Shown: positions 1 through 9,634 of the stretch, one piece after another
Position numbering within the stretch: the first letter of the stretch is position 1
Layout of the letters: every line of letters starts with the position of its first letter
Source of the DNA: Minisyncoccota bacterium
GTDB lineage: Bacteria > Patescibacteriota > Minisyncoccia > Phycocordibacterales > PALSA-1337
DNA length: 64,000 nucleotides
Assembly: GCA_041665325.1 (NCBI GenBank)
Contig: JBAYJB010000004.1
Span: 1,048-65,047, forward strand
Direction of reading: 5' to 3'
The notes under the pieces: generated by a model
What the model saw: the letters and a program-made list of their open reading frames with translations, nothing else
Told to the model about the DNA's origin: nothing
The model's database searches: none
Program-made: the position numbers and the translations under genes

Positions 1-3000
1 TTGCCCTGCTTCGTGATCGAAACAGTATATGTGGACACGCTCGAATAGCAAGCAGATGAGTTGAACACACCCCCAGAGACAAGATTCTCATTCTCGAAAC
101 AGAGCTGAGCAGGAATCTTATTCTTGTAACCGGAAACATCGGGGCCGATCGGCGGCCAGGCGACACTGCCGAACCAGCTCGGCTTGCTACCAAGATACAA
201 GGAGTTTGGTATGGCTGTAGAACACGCGGAATTATCTGTTTGATAAGCATCGGCGTAGAGATCGTAGTTACCGCACATGTTCGCTGTCCCCTGCGAGCGG
301 GTGTCGAACTGGGTATTGTCATTCTGATCCAATCCCCAACTGATCGTCTTGTTGCCGTTCACTCCGGGCGTGTTGAATATGTTGCCGACCAGATTGGTAT
401 ACAGACTATCCTTCTGGATATCGACAGTCCATGGATAATAGATCTGGCCAGGGGGATTGATCCCCAAAGAATGATCCCTAGTCGCCCAATTCCGGAAGAA
501 GGTGTTGTACTTGCTTCCCCCAGTGGCGTTATCACTACCAAGATGGGCGACGATGTTGCCCTCGTAAAGATTCATGTAATTCCCGCCGCCGTGAACGACC
601 GCGTCTATCATCAGATAATCCATCGGTATTGATTCATTCAGGGGATCTTTTGAGTAATTATAACCATAGATATTGCCATTGACGCCGATCTCCATCTCTA
701 GAGCATGCCTGGTGTGATAGAAGATATTATTCTCCACTAGATTATTCCCGGCATTGTTGAACATCGCGATGCCATAGCCGGCATTCCCACCATACTGCCA
801 GCTCTCGTGAAAATAGCTGTCTCGCACAACACAGCCGTATGTTGAATTCAAATTAACATGATAATTGTATGTCTTGTAACTTTCTACCCCGCTGATCCAA
901 CAATTCACCGCCTTGCCGATGTTGATGTTGCTGCCAGAGGTGTTATCTGTCTTCTCTACATATAGATCTTCGATACCGGCGTTAGTCGTGTTATTCAATT
1001 TGAATATTTCGGGCCCGTACGACTGTTCGTAGGTCACGAACAAGGGGTCGCTCAAGCCGACATCATAGTATCCGCCCAGGTCTGCGCTCTTACTGGTGAT
1101 CTTCACGATTTGTGATGTTTCGTATGGCAGATAATCATAATTTTCCTTCAAAACCGGGATAGCGTAGTTGTTCCCTGCCGGATAGATGTAATATTTGTCG
1201 CCGGCATTCCAGGTCGTGCGACCAGCCGGAGACCAATTGGAGACTGGTGAGACAGTGATCGTGTTTGAGGTGTTGGCTGTGATGGTGCCTATAGCAAACG
1301 CGCTATAGTTCTCTATCTTATAGCCGACCCACTGGTTAGCCGTCCATGTGACGGCACCGTCCGTCAGGGTTGTCGCCCCATTTGATCCCGTATGTGTGCC
1401 TGAATAAGTACAATTCGCATTCGCGCAATAAGAGAGGTTCTTCTGTCGGACCACGATATAATCTCCGACGCTGAAAGCAGAGCTCTGGACAACGCTGATG
1501 GTTTGGGAGTCCTTAGTCCAGTTCGTTGCCCCAGATTTCATCGTGCCCACCACGCCGACATTGGATGGGCCTTGAATAGCGATCGCTGTATTCGCATTGT
1601 GCAACATTATCTTTGTCAGAGCCGACCCGCTGCCTCTCAATGTCTTGTTGGATGGAACGGTCACCGCCGAATCTATCCGGTAGGTGCCGGCAGGAAGTTT
1701 GATCGTCCTATTTGATGACGCATTATTGAGACATGTTTGGATTTGTGCAGACATGTTTGTTGCTCCGGTATCATCCGATGGTGTACAGGCGACTTCTGTA
1801 TAGTCTGGTATGACATAGCTTGATCCGGCATTTCTGGACCAGTCGATCTTGGCTTGGTCCGGAATGACTCCTGATGGAATATTTGAACTGAAAGTCGCCG
1901 TGACTGTGAGATCGGCTGTCACCGTCACCACACAAGAACCACTGCCCGAACATCCGCCCCCGGACCAACCGGAGAAAGTAGAACCTGAAGAAGGAGTGGC
2001 AGTGAGGGTTATCTGTGTACCACTGGTGATATTCGATTGAGTACAAGTGGAGCCACAAGAAATAGAGCCGCCTGATACGGTACCTGATCCAAGCCCGGAC
2101 TTGGATGTCGATAAGGTGTAACTCGAAGCTACGGGAGAGGTCGTGAAAGTAGTACCGGCTGAAATCGCAAGGTTGCCAGAAGCGTCCCTGGACTTCACTC
2201 TATAGTGGTAGATAGTGTTGGAGGAAAGACCTGACAGAGTCCGCGTGTGCATGGTGACAAGAGAAGAATCAAGAGCGGTGATGCTACCATAATCGACAGT
2301 CAGCCCATATTCCACTTGAGAGTCGGATGATTCATCGGTAGCCCAGCTTATGATCGCCCCAGTCTGGGTGATCGTGGATGCATCTACCGAGGAGATGCTC
2401 GGTGGAGCTGTATCAGATGACGGTGAGGCAACAGAGAAGGATACACCATAATCGGCAGTATTCGCGTTGTTGGCCACATCCTGACACCTCACAAAATAAC
2501 CATATGAAGCGGCGTCGGCAAGACCAGTGATGACGGATGTGTGTGATGTCCCCCCAGTGGTCGTAAAGGTATCCGATATGGCGGCGTACGCGGTATTAGC
2601 GACGGTGCCGTATTTGCATGAAGCTGATTCATTCGTGGTCAACGACAGGGTCGTCTGGGTCGTTCCGGCCGGGAGCACGCCCGTCGGAGATCCGGCCGAC
2701 AAAACCGGCGGCGTCGTATCGGCCGGCGGCGTATAAGTGTAATTGTAGAGCTCGGTCACTTCGGCCGAAGATAGGGGCCGGTTGTATATGCGCACATCGT
2801 CCAGATTACCATCAAAATAGTTTCCTCCTGATGACGCGCCTGCTATGAGATTATGGGAACCATCAGATGTCTTGTTCCCATCCCCGCTAGTCGTGTATGA
2901 CTTAGTCATCTCCGCTCCGTTGATATAGATGTGTACATTGGACGCGGACGGACCGCCGTCCCATACGATCACGAGATGGCTCCATGTATTGAGGTATGAC

Positions 3001-3476
3001 GAGGGAAAAGCGATCCTAGCACTAAGGTCAGTCGCTCCGTCGTAATCTTTATTGAAATTGAGCGTCGGGCCATATCCATCGAAGACTATCTGGAAATTAC
3101 CTGACGCGTAGTTAGCTCCCTTGGCAACGATCGCTCCCGCTCTATTCACGCCATAAGAGCGTGGAAAGACCCAAGCGCTGATCGTCATGCCAGAACCGCT
3201 GGCGTCTATATTATCTACAGTTGAAGCAGAGCCGATATTGAGCACATCGTCCGCGCCGTCGAAAACCAAGGAGCCGGAACCGATGTGTCCGGCAGTCCAA
3301 GATGGTCCATTGCTCAGAGTCCCGGGATTGCTGCCAGAGGAATCTGCCGCCGTGAGCCCGGATCCTTCGTCCAGGGTCCAGTATCCGACGAGACCGGCCG
3401 TGATATCAGCTCTGGCGGACTGGTGTACGCCGAAAGAAAGGATGACCGCCAGAAATATCAGATTGGCCTTTTTCAA
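1..3476 (-). CDS. Large secreted multidomain surface protein, 5' part only (continues off the window start). It has a TTG start and the signal peptide MKKANLIFLAVILSFGVHQSARA. Domains read from the translation: LamG/ConA-like lectin (NLDDVRIYNRPLSSAEV), Ig/FN3-like repeats, and a right-handed parallel beta-helix of the pectin-lyase type (NNLVENNIFYHTRHALEME).
   Basis: I translated the reverse strand by hand from 3476 downwards as one long reading frame and noticed no stops, but this was not verified codon by codon. The ORF track misses it because its stop lies outside the window. There is an in-frame TGA immediately upstream of the TTG. Domain motifs were read by eye from the translation. Confidence 0.6.
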   Translation of the reverse strand, partial: MKKANLIFLAVILSFGVHQSARADITAGLVGYWTLDEGSGLTAADSSGSNPGTLSNGPSWTAGHIGSGSLVFDGADDVLNIGSASTVDNIDASGSGMTISAWVFPRSYGVNRAGAIVAKGANYASGNFQIVFDGYGPTLNFNKDYDGATDLSARIAFPSSYLNTWSHLVIVWDGGPSASNVHIYINGAEMTKSYTTSGDGNKTSDGSHNLIAGASSGGNYFDGNLDDVRIYNRPLSSAEVTELYNYTYTPPADTTPPVLSAGSPTGVLPAGTTQTTLSLTTNESASCKYGTVANTAYAAISDTFTTTGGTSHTSVITGLADAASYGYFVRCQDVANNANTADYGVSFSVASPSSDTAPPSISSVDASTITQTGAIISWATDESSDSQVEYGLTVDYGSITALDSSLVTMHTRTLSGLSSNTIYHYRVKSRDASGNLAISAGTTFTTSPVASSYTLSTSKSGLGSGTVSGGSISCGSTCTQSNITSGTQITLTATPSSGSTFSGWSGGGCSGSGSCVVTVTADLTVTATFSSNIPSGVIPDQAKIDWSRNAGSSYVIPDYTEVACTPSDDTGATNMSAQIQTCLNNASSNRTIKLPAGTYRIDSAVTVPSNKTLRGSGSALTKIMLHNANTAIAIQGPSNVGVVGTMKSGATNWTKDSQTISVVQSSAFSVGDYIVVRQKNLSYCANANCTYSGTHTGSNGATTLTDGAVTWTANQWVGYKIENYSAFAIGTITANTSNTITVSPVSNWSPAGRTTWNAGDKYYIYPAGNNYAIPVLKENYDYLPYETSQIVKITSKSADLGGYYDVGLSDPLFVTYEQSYGPEIFKLNNTTNAGIEDLYVEKTDNTSGSNINIGKAVNCWISGVESYKTYNYHVNLNSTYGCVVRDSYFHESWQYGGNAGYGIAMFNNAGNNLVENNIFYHTRHALEMEIGVNGNIYGYNYSKDPLNESIPMDYLMIDAVVHGGGNYMNLYEGNIVAHLGSDNATGGSKYNTFFRNWATRDHSLGINPPGQIYYPWTVDIQKDSLYTNLVGNIFNTPGVNGNKTISWGLDQNDNTQFDTRSQGTANMCGNYDLYADAYQTDNSACSTAIPNSLYLGSKPSWFGSVAWPPIGPDVSGYKNKIPAQLCFENENLVSGGVFNSSACYSSVSTYTVSITKQG

Positions 3477-3587
3477 GATGGATATATTGTATCAAAGGCA
3501 TTGCTAATTTGACAATCAAGTTCAATAATGTTTTACTAGTAGCAATAGCCGCCGGCGCTCCGAACGCCTACCGGCGGATTTTAATTC

Positions 3588-5378
3588 ATGCAGATACGCA
3601 ACATCGCAATCATCGCTCACGTCGACCACGGCAAGACCACCCTGACCGACGCCATCATGACCCAGTGTGGCCACGGGGATGACGGCTCCATGGACTCGAA
3701 CGCGCTCGAACAGGAGCGCGGCATCACCATATACGCCAAGAATACATCCATCGAATACAAGGACACCAAAATCAATATAGTAGACACTCCCGGTCACGCC
3801 GACTTCGGTTCCGAGGTGGAGCGCGTCCTGCGCTCGATCGACGCCGTCTTGCTCGTAGTTGATGCTCAAGAGGGCCCGATGCCCCAGACACGCTTTGTCC
3901 TCAAGAAATCCCTCGAGCTCGGCCTCCTACCGATCGTGATCATCAACAAGATCGACAAGCCAGCCGCCAATCCGGCGCGCGTCCATGACGAAGTTTTGGA
4001 GCTATTCATCGAGCTCGGCGCTCATGATTCCCAGATAGACTTCCCTACTATCTATGCCATCGGGCGCGAGGGTGTGGCCAAGAAGTCGCTCACCGATGAA
4101 TCAAAAGATATCTTCCCTCTTCTCGACTGCATTCTCGAGCACGTCCCGGCTGCCAATGCGAATAGCGCCGCACCGTTGAAGGCCCAGGTATTTAATTTGG
4201 GTTATGACAATTTCCTTGGCCGTCTAGCTGTTGCCCGCATCTATGAGGGCACTATCAAAGATCAACAGAATGTTTTTGTAAAAGATATTAGCGGCAAATC
4301 ATTCACGGGCAAGATCACCAAGCTCTTCACATTCGAAGGCAAGAAGAAGACGGAGGTGGCCCAAGCCGAGTCAGGCGATATCATCACCATCGCCGGCATT
4401 CCTGATATCTATATCGGAGAGACAATCGCTGATAGCGAGAAGACAGAAGCCATGCCGGCTATTAAAGTAGACGAGCCGACCATTTCCCTGCAGTTCCTGG
4501 TGAACAATTCCCCGTTCGCCGGTAAGGAAGGCACTTTTGTGACCGGCCGTCAGATCCGCGAGCGCCTAGAGCGCGAGCTTGAGACGAACGTCGGTCTCAA
4601 GGTCGACTTTGAATCAAATGAATTCTTCAACGTCTATGGCCGCGGCGAACTCCACATCGGCATTCTATTGGAAAATATGCGCCGTGAGGGTTATGAGCTC
4701 CAGGTTTCCCAGCCGAAGGTCATCATCCATGAAAAAGATGGCGTGAAGAGCGAGCCATTCGAGGAAGTGATCATCGATACGCCGCAGGAGACTTCCGGCA
4801 TCATCATCGAGAAGCTTGGCAAGCGCAAGGGTGTGATGACCAATATGACTACACACGGCAACCAGGTCCGGATGGTCTTCGAAGTTCCGACTCGCGGCCT
4901 CCTCGGCTACCGCAACGTATTTATGATCGACACCAAGGGCGAAGGCATCATGTCTTCGCGTATGTTGGAATTCCGCCCATGGGCCGGTGAGATCGAGAAG
5001 CGCGAGACCGGTTCGATGACCTCGATGGCCAGCGGCCGCACCTACGGCTTCTCGCTCTGGAACCTCCAGGATCGCGGACGCATCTTCATCATCCCGGCCA
5101 TCGAAGTCTACGAGGGCATGGTCATCGGCGACACCGCCAAAGGCGACGACCTCGACGTGAATCCCTGCAAAGCCAAGGCTATGTCCAACATGCGATCTTC
5201 CGGCAAGGACGAGGCCTTGATGCTCACACCTCCCTATATCCTCTCTATCGAACGCGGTCTCGAACTCATGCGCGACGACGAATACCTCGAGATCACCCCG
5301 AAGAATATCAGGCTGCGTAAGAAATTCTTGACGAACCTCGACCGCGCTCGTGCTTCCAGAAAAGATTTGGGGCAATAG
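3588..5378 (+). CDS. typA: Translational GTPase TypA/BipA
   Basis: N-terminus IAIIAHVDHGKTTLTD G-domain, EF-G-like architecture, 596 aa. Confidence 0.93.
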   Translation: MQIRNIAIIAHVDHGKTTLTDAIMTQCGHGDDGSMDSNALEQERGITIYAKNTSIEYKDTKINIVDTPGHADFGSEVERVLRSIDAVLLVVDAQEGPMPQTRFVLKKSLELGLLPIVIINKIDKPAANPARVHDEVLELFIELGAHDSQIDFPTIYAIGREGVAKKSLTDESKDIFPLLDCILEHVPAANANSAAPLKAQVFNLGYDNFLGRLAVARIYEGTIKDQQNVFVKDISGKSFTGKITKLFTFEGKKKTEVAQAESGDIITIAGIPDIYIGETIADSEKTEAMPAIKVDEPTISLQFLVNNSPFAGKEGTFVTGRQIRERLERELETNVGLKVDFESNEFFNVYGRGELHIGILLENMRREGYELQVSQPKVIIHEKDGVKSEPFEEVIIDTPQETSGIIIEKLGKRKGVMTNMTTHGNQVRMVFEVPTRGLLGYRNVFMIDTKGEGIMSSRMLEFRPWAGEIEKRETGSMTSMASGRTYGFSLWNLQDRGRIFIIPAIEVYEGMVIGDTAKGDDLDVNPCKAKAMSNMRSSGKDEALMLTPPYILSIERGLELMRDDEYLEITPKNIRLRKKFLTNLDRARASRKDLGQ

Positions 5379-5395
5379 GATTTCCATTCGTTGTA

Positions 5396-5437
5396 ATAAA
5401 AAACGCGCTCCGTAAGGGGCGCGCTTGTAAAAAAGGT
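5396..5437. terminator. Bidirectional intrinsic terminator between convergent typA and the 5458..5790 gene
   Basis: GC-rich hairpin ACGCGCTCC-GTAA-GGGGCGCG flanked by an A-run on one side and a T-run on the other. Confidence 0.55.
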
Positions 5438-5457
5438 AGGTGAGGCTTAGTTCACGA

Positions 5458-5790
5458 TTACTTAACCAGAAGATCAGAAATTAGGAATGAGTTTGCAAGT
5501 TTCGTCTCTTGCTCCCAAGTCATCTTAGATCTAATTGGCATGTGTCCATTCTCAATATCACTCCAAATCATTTCAAGTTCACTCACACACTGAGAAATCT
5601 TTCCTGAAGCAATTGCTTTTTCTATAAGCTCAAATTGGTCAATCATGTTATGTTTGCAGTATTTCCTGCAAACATCCCAAACACGATCAGCATTGCTTCC
5701 GAGCCGATTCCGAAAATATTTCTCAAAAATTGCCTCGAGATCTGTTCCTGCCTTCGCCCACATAAGGGTTTTTTTATTCCAAGGATGCAT
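5458..5790 (-). CDS. Hypothetical protein (110 aa), low-GC gene
   Basis: ORF followed by a terminator hairpin; about 38% GC versus about 52% in the neighbours; no recognisable motifs. Confidence 0.5.
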   Translation of the reverse strand: MHPWNKKTLMWAKAGTDLEAIFEKYFRNRLGSNADRVWDVCRKYCKHNMIDQFELIEKAIASGKISQCVSELEMIWSDIENGHMPIRSKMTWEQETKLANSFLISDLLVK

Positions 5791-5970
5791 AGATAAGTTT
5801 CACCGCAATTGTGCGACCCCTCACCCGCGAAACATTCGCGAAACCGTGAGAAAGCGCATCTTGCGGTGAAAATGTATGTCAGAGAACGATGTTTTGGCTG
5901 TCATATTCATAACATAATGTAAGTTGACTGTCAATGTGCGGTCAGTATTCATTCTTGATACAATTTAGTC

Positions 5971-6219
5971 ATGATTCAAAACTACCTTACAAGCAATCTC
6001 AATAAAGCCACCTATGAACTCATAGACGGCGGTAAACGCTACTACGGAGAGATTAAATCGCTTCGTGGGGTTTGGGCTGTTGGTAAGACATTAGAAGAAT
6101 GCAGGAGCAATCTGCTTACAACTATTGAGGGATGGTTGATTGTCAGACTCAAAAAAAATCTACCGATACCAAACTTCAAGGTTCCAACCATTCCACTTTC
6201 TGCCAGGAAGTATGCCTAA
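5971..6219 (+). CDS. hicB: HicB-family antitoxin-like protein (UPF0150/HicB fold)
   Basis: YYGEIKSLRGVWAVGKTLEECRSNLLTTIEGWL matches the HicB/UPF0150 pattern (GxxxxIPELPGCxxxGxTxEEAxxNxxEAIxxWL). Confidence 0.6.
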   Translation: MIQNYLTSNLNKATYELIDGGKRYYGEIKSLRGVWAVGKTLEECRSNLLTTIEGWLIVRLKKNLPIPNFKVPTIPLSARKYA

Positions 6220-6280
6220 ACTCTTTGGTAAAATTCTCAAGCAAGGTGGGATCTCAAGAGATGTGTGGATAAAAAAGTAA
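6212..6280 (+). pseudogene. hicA: Truncated HicA-like toxin remnant (22 codons, MPKLFGKILKQGGISRDVWIKK); its start overlaps the hicB stop (ATGCCTAA)
   Basis: The MPKL..GK..I..L.K.G pattern is typical of the HicA N-terminus, but it is only 22 aa where 60-80 aa is expected. The start/stop overlap is typical of TA translational coupling. Confidence 0.35.
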
Positions 6281-6310
6281 GGATCGTGCCAAGGCCAAGA
6301 GAACGGATTT

Positions 6311-6344
6311 GTAAAATAAAAAGGCCCGCTTCTTTCAGCGGGCC
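6311..6344 (-). terminator. Intrinsic terminator overlapping the last codons of the 6335..6886 gene
   Basis: On the minus strand: GGCCCGCTGAAAGAAGCGGGCC followed by TTTTTATTTTAC. Confidence 0.6.
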
Positions 6345-6886
6345 GGAATGATTTTGCTTGGGTCAAATTGATCGTGTATTTTATCACCACAACGAAAGAG
6401 GATTTTTGTCGTGCGCGGATTGCCATAATCCAGTGCGACCAATTTGTTCTCAGCAATTGCAAAATTAGCTGGATTGGAGAAATGGTGATGGTCGAAGCCT
6501 ATCCTTGACCACGACACGATTCTGATAAGCTGCACCCAGAAACCTTCGGTATTTGGATCTAGGGGCTCCGCATACTTCTGGATATTGAACAGACCCACAG
6601 AGAAGAAAGTCGGCTGAAGGATCTTTAGACGGGTCTTCCTGTAGAATCGGAATTCACACCAATTTTCCATAAGTCCTGCTAACAAGGGCTGCTTAATGGA
6701 GCTAGACCAATACCACCATTTAGTCCTGCGCTCGATACGGATATATTCAAGGGTGTCACTTGGGTGACGAAGAATCCTTTTGATGTGCCTGAGAACTGGC
6801 CAAAGCCTTATTTTAGCCAACTTGATGACAATTCCCCATTCCTGCAAGACAATGACAATTCGAGTCTTTCCTTTTACGAAGTACAT
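6335..6886 (-). CDS. Mini protein-kinase-like fold protein (Kdo/WaaP/RIO-like), 183 aa
   Basis: VIKLAK resembles the kinase beta3 lysine (VAIK-like). FDHHHFSNPANF resembles the catalytic loop (HxDxxxxN-like). LDYG resembles the DFG motif. Low GC. Confidence 0.4.
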   Translation of the reverse strand: MYFVKGKTRIVIVLQEWGIVIKLAKIRLWPVLRHIKRILRHPSDTLEYIRIERRTKWWYWSSSIKQPLLAGLMENWCEFRFYRKTRLKILQPTFFSVGLFNIQKYAEPLDPNTEGFWVQLIRIVSWSRIGFDHHHFSNPANFAIAENKLVALDYGNPRTTKILFRCGDKIHDQFDPSKIIPAR

Positions 6887-6938
6887 AAGATGTTAATTTG
6901 CTATATTGAAATTAACCTGAAAAATAGCACTTGTCAAT

Positions 6939-7682
6939 CTATTTCAAAAGGATCTTCGTCCTCTTGATAGACAGCGCAAACGCCCCTATTCCCGCTTCCT
7001 TCCCTATCCTATGTGCCAAAGAACGCATGTAGGTGCCGCTTGAACACTTCACCCTCATCTTCGTGGCATAGAAGCCTGAACCGGGATCGGATAATACCTC
7101 ATCCCATTTAGCCAATATTTCTTTCTGTCTAAAATCTCCTCTTACAAGAGTGATCTTTGCATTGATATATTTCTTAAGTTCAGGCGCTGGAATCTTGCGG
7201 TCATCCAATCTCTCTATTGAATATATTTCCACATCTTTGACCGGCATCTCATCGGGCAACTCTCCAGCGCGAGCTAGCGTGTGAAGCTGGACACCATCAA
7301 CAGTCTTGGAAGAATACGCCGGATATTCCTGACTGAACTTACCTGTGTATTTATTGAGATTAACCTTCGGTGGTATCACTTCTGCTCGAGCGTTGGTATC
7401 TGAATCAACTAAGCCAAGGGCATCATAGGTGTCAGTAGTTATGCCAAACACCATCTCTACTTCATATTCCTTGTCGAGGTTCAAATATTTCTCCTTGTTC
7501 TTACATTCATCGCCGATGAGGATGAGGAGGGTGCCTTCGGCCATAGGGTCTAATCTGCCGGCATAAGTCATCGGCAAACCCTTCAATTCCGGCCTGGTAA
7601 GGCGGTACCGTTCCAAGGCTTCGAGCGGCGTCTCGCCCGGCTGTTTGGCCACAAAGATGGATTTTTCCTGTTTACGGGCCAT
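6939..7682 (-). CDS. truB: tRNA pseudouridine(55) synthase TruB
   Basis: GRLDPMAEGTLLILIG catalytic-Asp motif of the TruB family, 247 aa. Confidence 0.9.
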   Translation of the reverse strand: MARKQEKSIFVAKQPGETPLEALERYRLTRPELKGLPMTYAGRLDPMAEGTLLILIGDECKNKEKYLNLDKEYEVEMVFGITTDTYDALGLVDSDTNARAEVIPPKVNLNKYTGKFSQEYPAYSSKTVDGVQLHTLARAGELPDEMPVKDVEIYSIERLDDRKIPAPELKKYINAKITLVRGDFRQKEILAKWDEVLSDPGSGFYATKMRVKCSSGTYMRSLAHRIGKEAGIGAFALSIKRTKILLK

Positions 7683-7720
7683 GACTAGAGCCTAGCATAT
7701 CGACATGTTACAATGCCTCT

Positions 7721-9031
7721 ATGTCCGACAAGGCCAAAAAACTCTCTACTGATGCTTACAAGGGCGTACGCGACTTCTTCCCTGCCGATATGGCTACCGA
7801 AAAGAAGATTTTTGGTATCTGGCGCAATGTCGTCGAGAAATATGGCTATGAAGAATACGGGGCTTCAGTACTCGAGCCCGCCGAGCTCTACAAGGCCAAG
7901 ACCGGCGAGGAGATCGTCAATGAGCAGACCTACACATTCATAGATCGCGGAGATCGCGAGGTGACCCTGCGCCCAGAGATGACACCGACCGTCGCCCGCA
8001 TGGTCGCTGCCAAGCGGCGCGAACTCGTCTTCCCTCTGCGCTGGTATTCCATCCCGAATCTCTTCCGTTACGAACAACCCCAGAGAGGCCGTGTCCGCGA
8101 ACATTGGCAGCTCAATGTAGACATCTTCGGCATCGACTCGATCGCCGCTGAGATCGAAGTCATCAATATCGCCTATGACATCACACGTGGCTATGGGCTT
8201 AAAGACGCCGAATTCGAGATCCGCCTGAACAACCGCAAGATCGTCAATTATGTCACTCGTGAAGTCTTTGGGCTGGACGAGGAAAAGGCTCACAAGATAG
8301 CCAAACTGATCGACAAGAAAGACAAGTTGGCCCGGGGCGACTTCGAGGCCGGCGCCCTGGAGCTCCTCGGCAGTAAGGCTGAACAATTTGTGACCCTGCT
8401 CAATTCCAAGAATTTCGAGGAGTTTGCGTCGCGCCTGCCGCAGACCAAAGAGGAGCACGTCGGCCTCGCGGAGATCCGCGCCGTCATGACTGGTCTTGAG
8501 CGACTAGGCATCACCAACGCACGCTTCGACCAGACGCTCATGCGCGGCTTCGATTATTATACCGGCACCATCTTCGAGATCTTCGATCTCGATCTGTCCA
8601 ACCGCCGTTCGGTCTTCGGCGGCGGCCGTTATGACGACCTCCTAGCTCTCTTCGGCAACGACAAGGCCTCCGCGGTCGGCTTCGGTGCAGGTGATGTTGT
8701 GGCCCAAGACCTCATGGAGACATATGGAACGACGCCCAAGAACGCACCCCCAGCCGATCTGGCCCTCTGTATCGTCGGCGAACAGAACACCCCCTACACG
8801 CTCGATCTGGCGCAGTCGCTCCGCACCAAAGGCGTGCGCGTCAGCGTCGACATCTCGGGCAAGAAGGTCGGCGACCAGATCGGCAATGTCGCCAAGCGCG
8901 GCATACCATACGTGATCGCGGTCGGAGACGAGGAAGTTAAGAATGGCAAGCTCCGGATCAAGCGGCTGTCTACCGGAGACGAGGTATTGCTGACCGAATC
9001 AGACATCGCCCGGCATGTCCTGGCCGCCTAA
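7721..9031 (+). CDS. hisS: Histidine--tRNA ligase
   Basis: Class II aaRS motifs, 436 aa with typical HisS length and N-terminus. TTACAAT lies 6 nt upstream of the ATG (leaderless arrangement). Confidence 0.92.
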   Translation: MSDKAKKLSTDAYKGVRDFFPADMATEKKIFGIWRNVVEKYGYEEYGASVLEPAELYKAKTGEEIVNEQTYTFIDRGDREVTLRPEMTPTVARMVAAKRRELVFPLRWYSIPNLFRYEQPQRGRVREHWQLNVDIFGIDSIAAEIEVINIAYDITRGYGLKDAEFEIRLNNRKIVNYVTREVFGLDEEKAHKIAKLIDKKDKLARGDFEAGALELLGSKAEQFVTLLNSKNFEEFASRLPQTKEEHVGLAEIRAVMTGLERLGITNARFDQTLMRGFDYYTGTIFEIFDLDLSNRRSVFGGGRYDDLLALFGNDKASAVGFGAGDVVAQDLMETYGTTPKNAPPADLALCIVGEQNTPYTLDLAQSLRTKGVRVSVDISGKKVGDQIGNVAKRGIPYVIAVGDEEVKNGKLRIKRLSTGDEVLLTESDIARHVLAA

Positions 9032-9611
9032 GTACATGCGCCGCATCACCCTAGACATAGAGACGCAGAACTTCTTCGAGGACGTCGGCTCCAATGATCC
9101 GGCTGACCTCGATATATCCGTATTGTGCATCCATGATTCTTCTGATGATTCCTACAGGAGCTTCACGGTCAATGACCTGCGCGGCCTCTGGCCGATCCTC
9201 GAGACGGCCGATATCTTGGTGACTTGGAACGGCGACCATTTCGATATACCCCTTTTGAATAAGTATTACCCGGGCGATCTCAAGAAGATCAAGAGCATCG
9301 ATCTCATGAAGGAGATGCAGCTAGTCCTCGGTCGACGGCTCAAACTAGACACGGTGGCCGGAGCTACGCTTGGCGTGGCAAAATCCGGCAACGGGATGGA
9401 GGCCGTAGATTGGTGGCGCAAGGGTGAAGTGGATAAGATCATCAAATACTGTATGGATGACGTGAGGATCACCAAGGAGCTATACGAATACGCCGTCAAG
9501 AATAACCATCTCAAATACCGCGATGTCGGCGCGATCGTGAAACTACCGCTTGATACCTCAAAATGGGAGGTGCTGGCCGCTAGCGCTCTGACTTTCACTT
9601 TGCCATTTTAA
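9015..9611 (+). CDS. RNase H-like 3'-5' exonuclease (DEDD/PolB-exonuclease-like). The true start is probably the ATG at 9036.
   Basis: ITLDIETQNFFED ... VTWNGDHFDIPLL ... YCMDDV: Exo I/II/III-like acidic motifs. Confidence 0.7.
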   Translation: MSWPPKYMRRITLDIETQNFFEDVGSNDPADLDISVLCIHDSSDDSYRSFTVNDLRGLWPILETADILVTWNGDHFDIPLLNKYYPGDLKKIKSIDLMKEMQLVLGRRLKLDTVAGATLGVAKSGNGMEAVDWWRKGEVDKIIKYCMDDVRITKELYEYAVKNNHLKYRDVGAIVKLPLDTSKWEVLAASALTFTLPF

Positions 9612-9634
9612 GAGGGCGCTTATACAATATCCCC

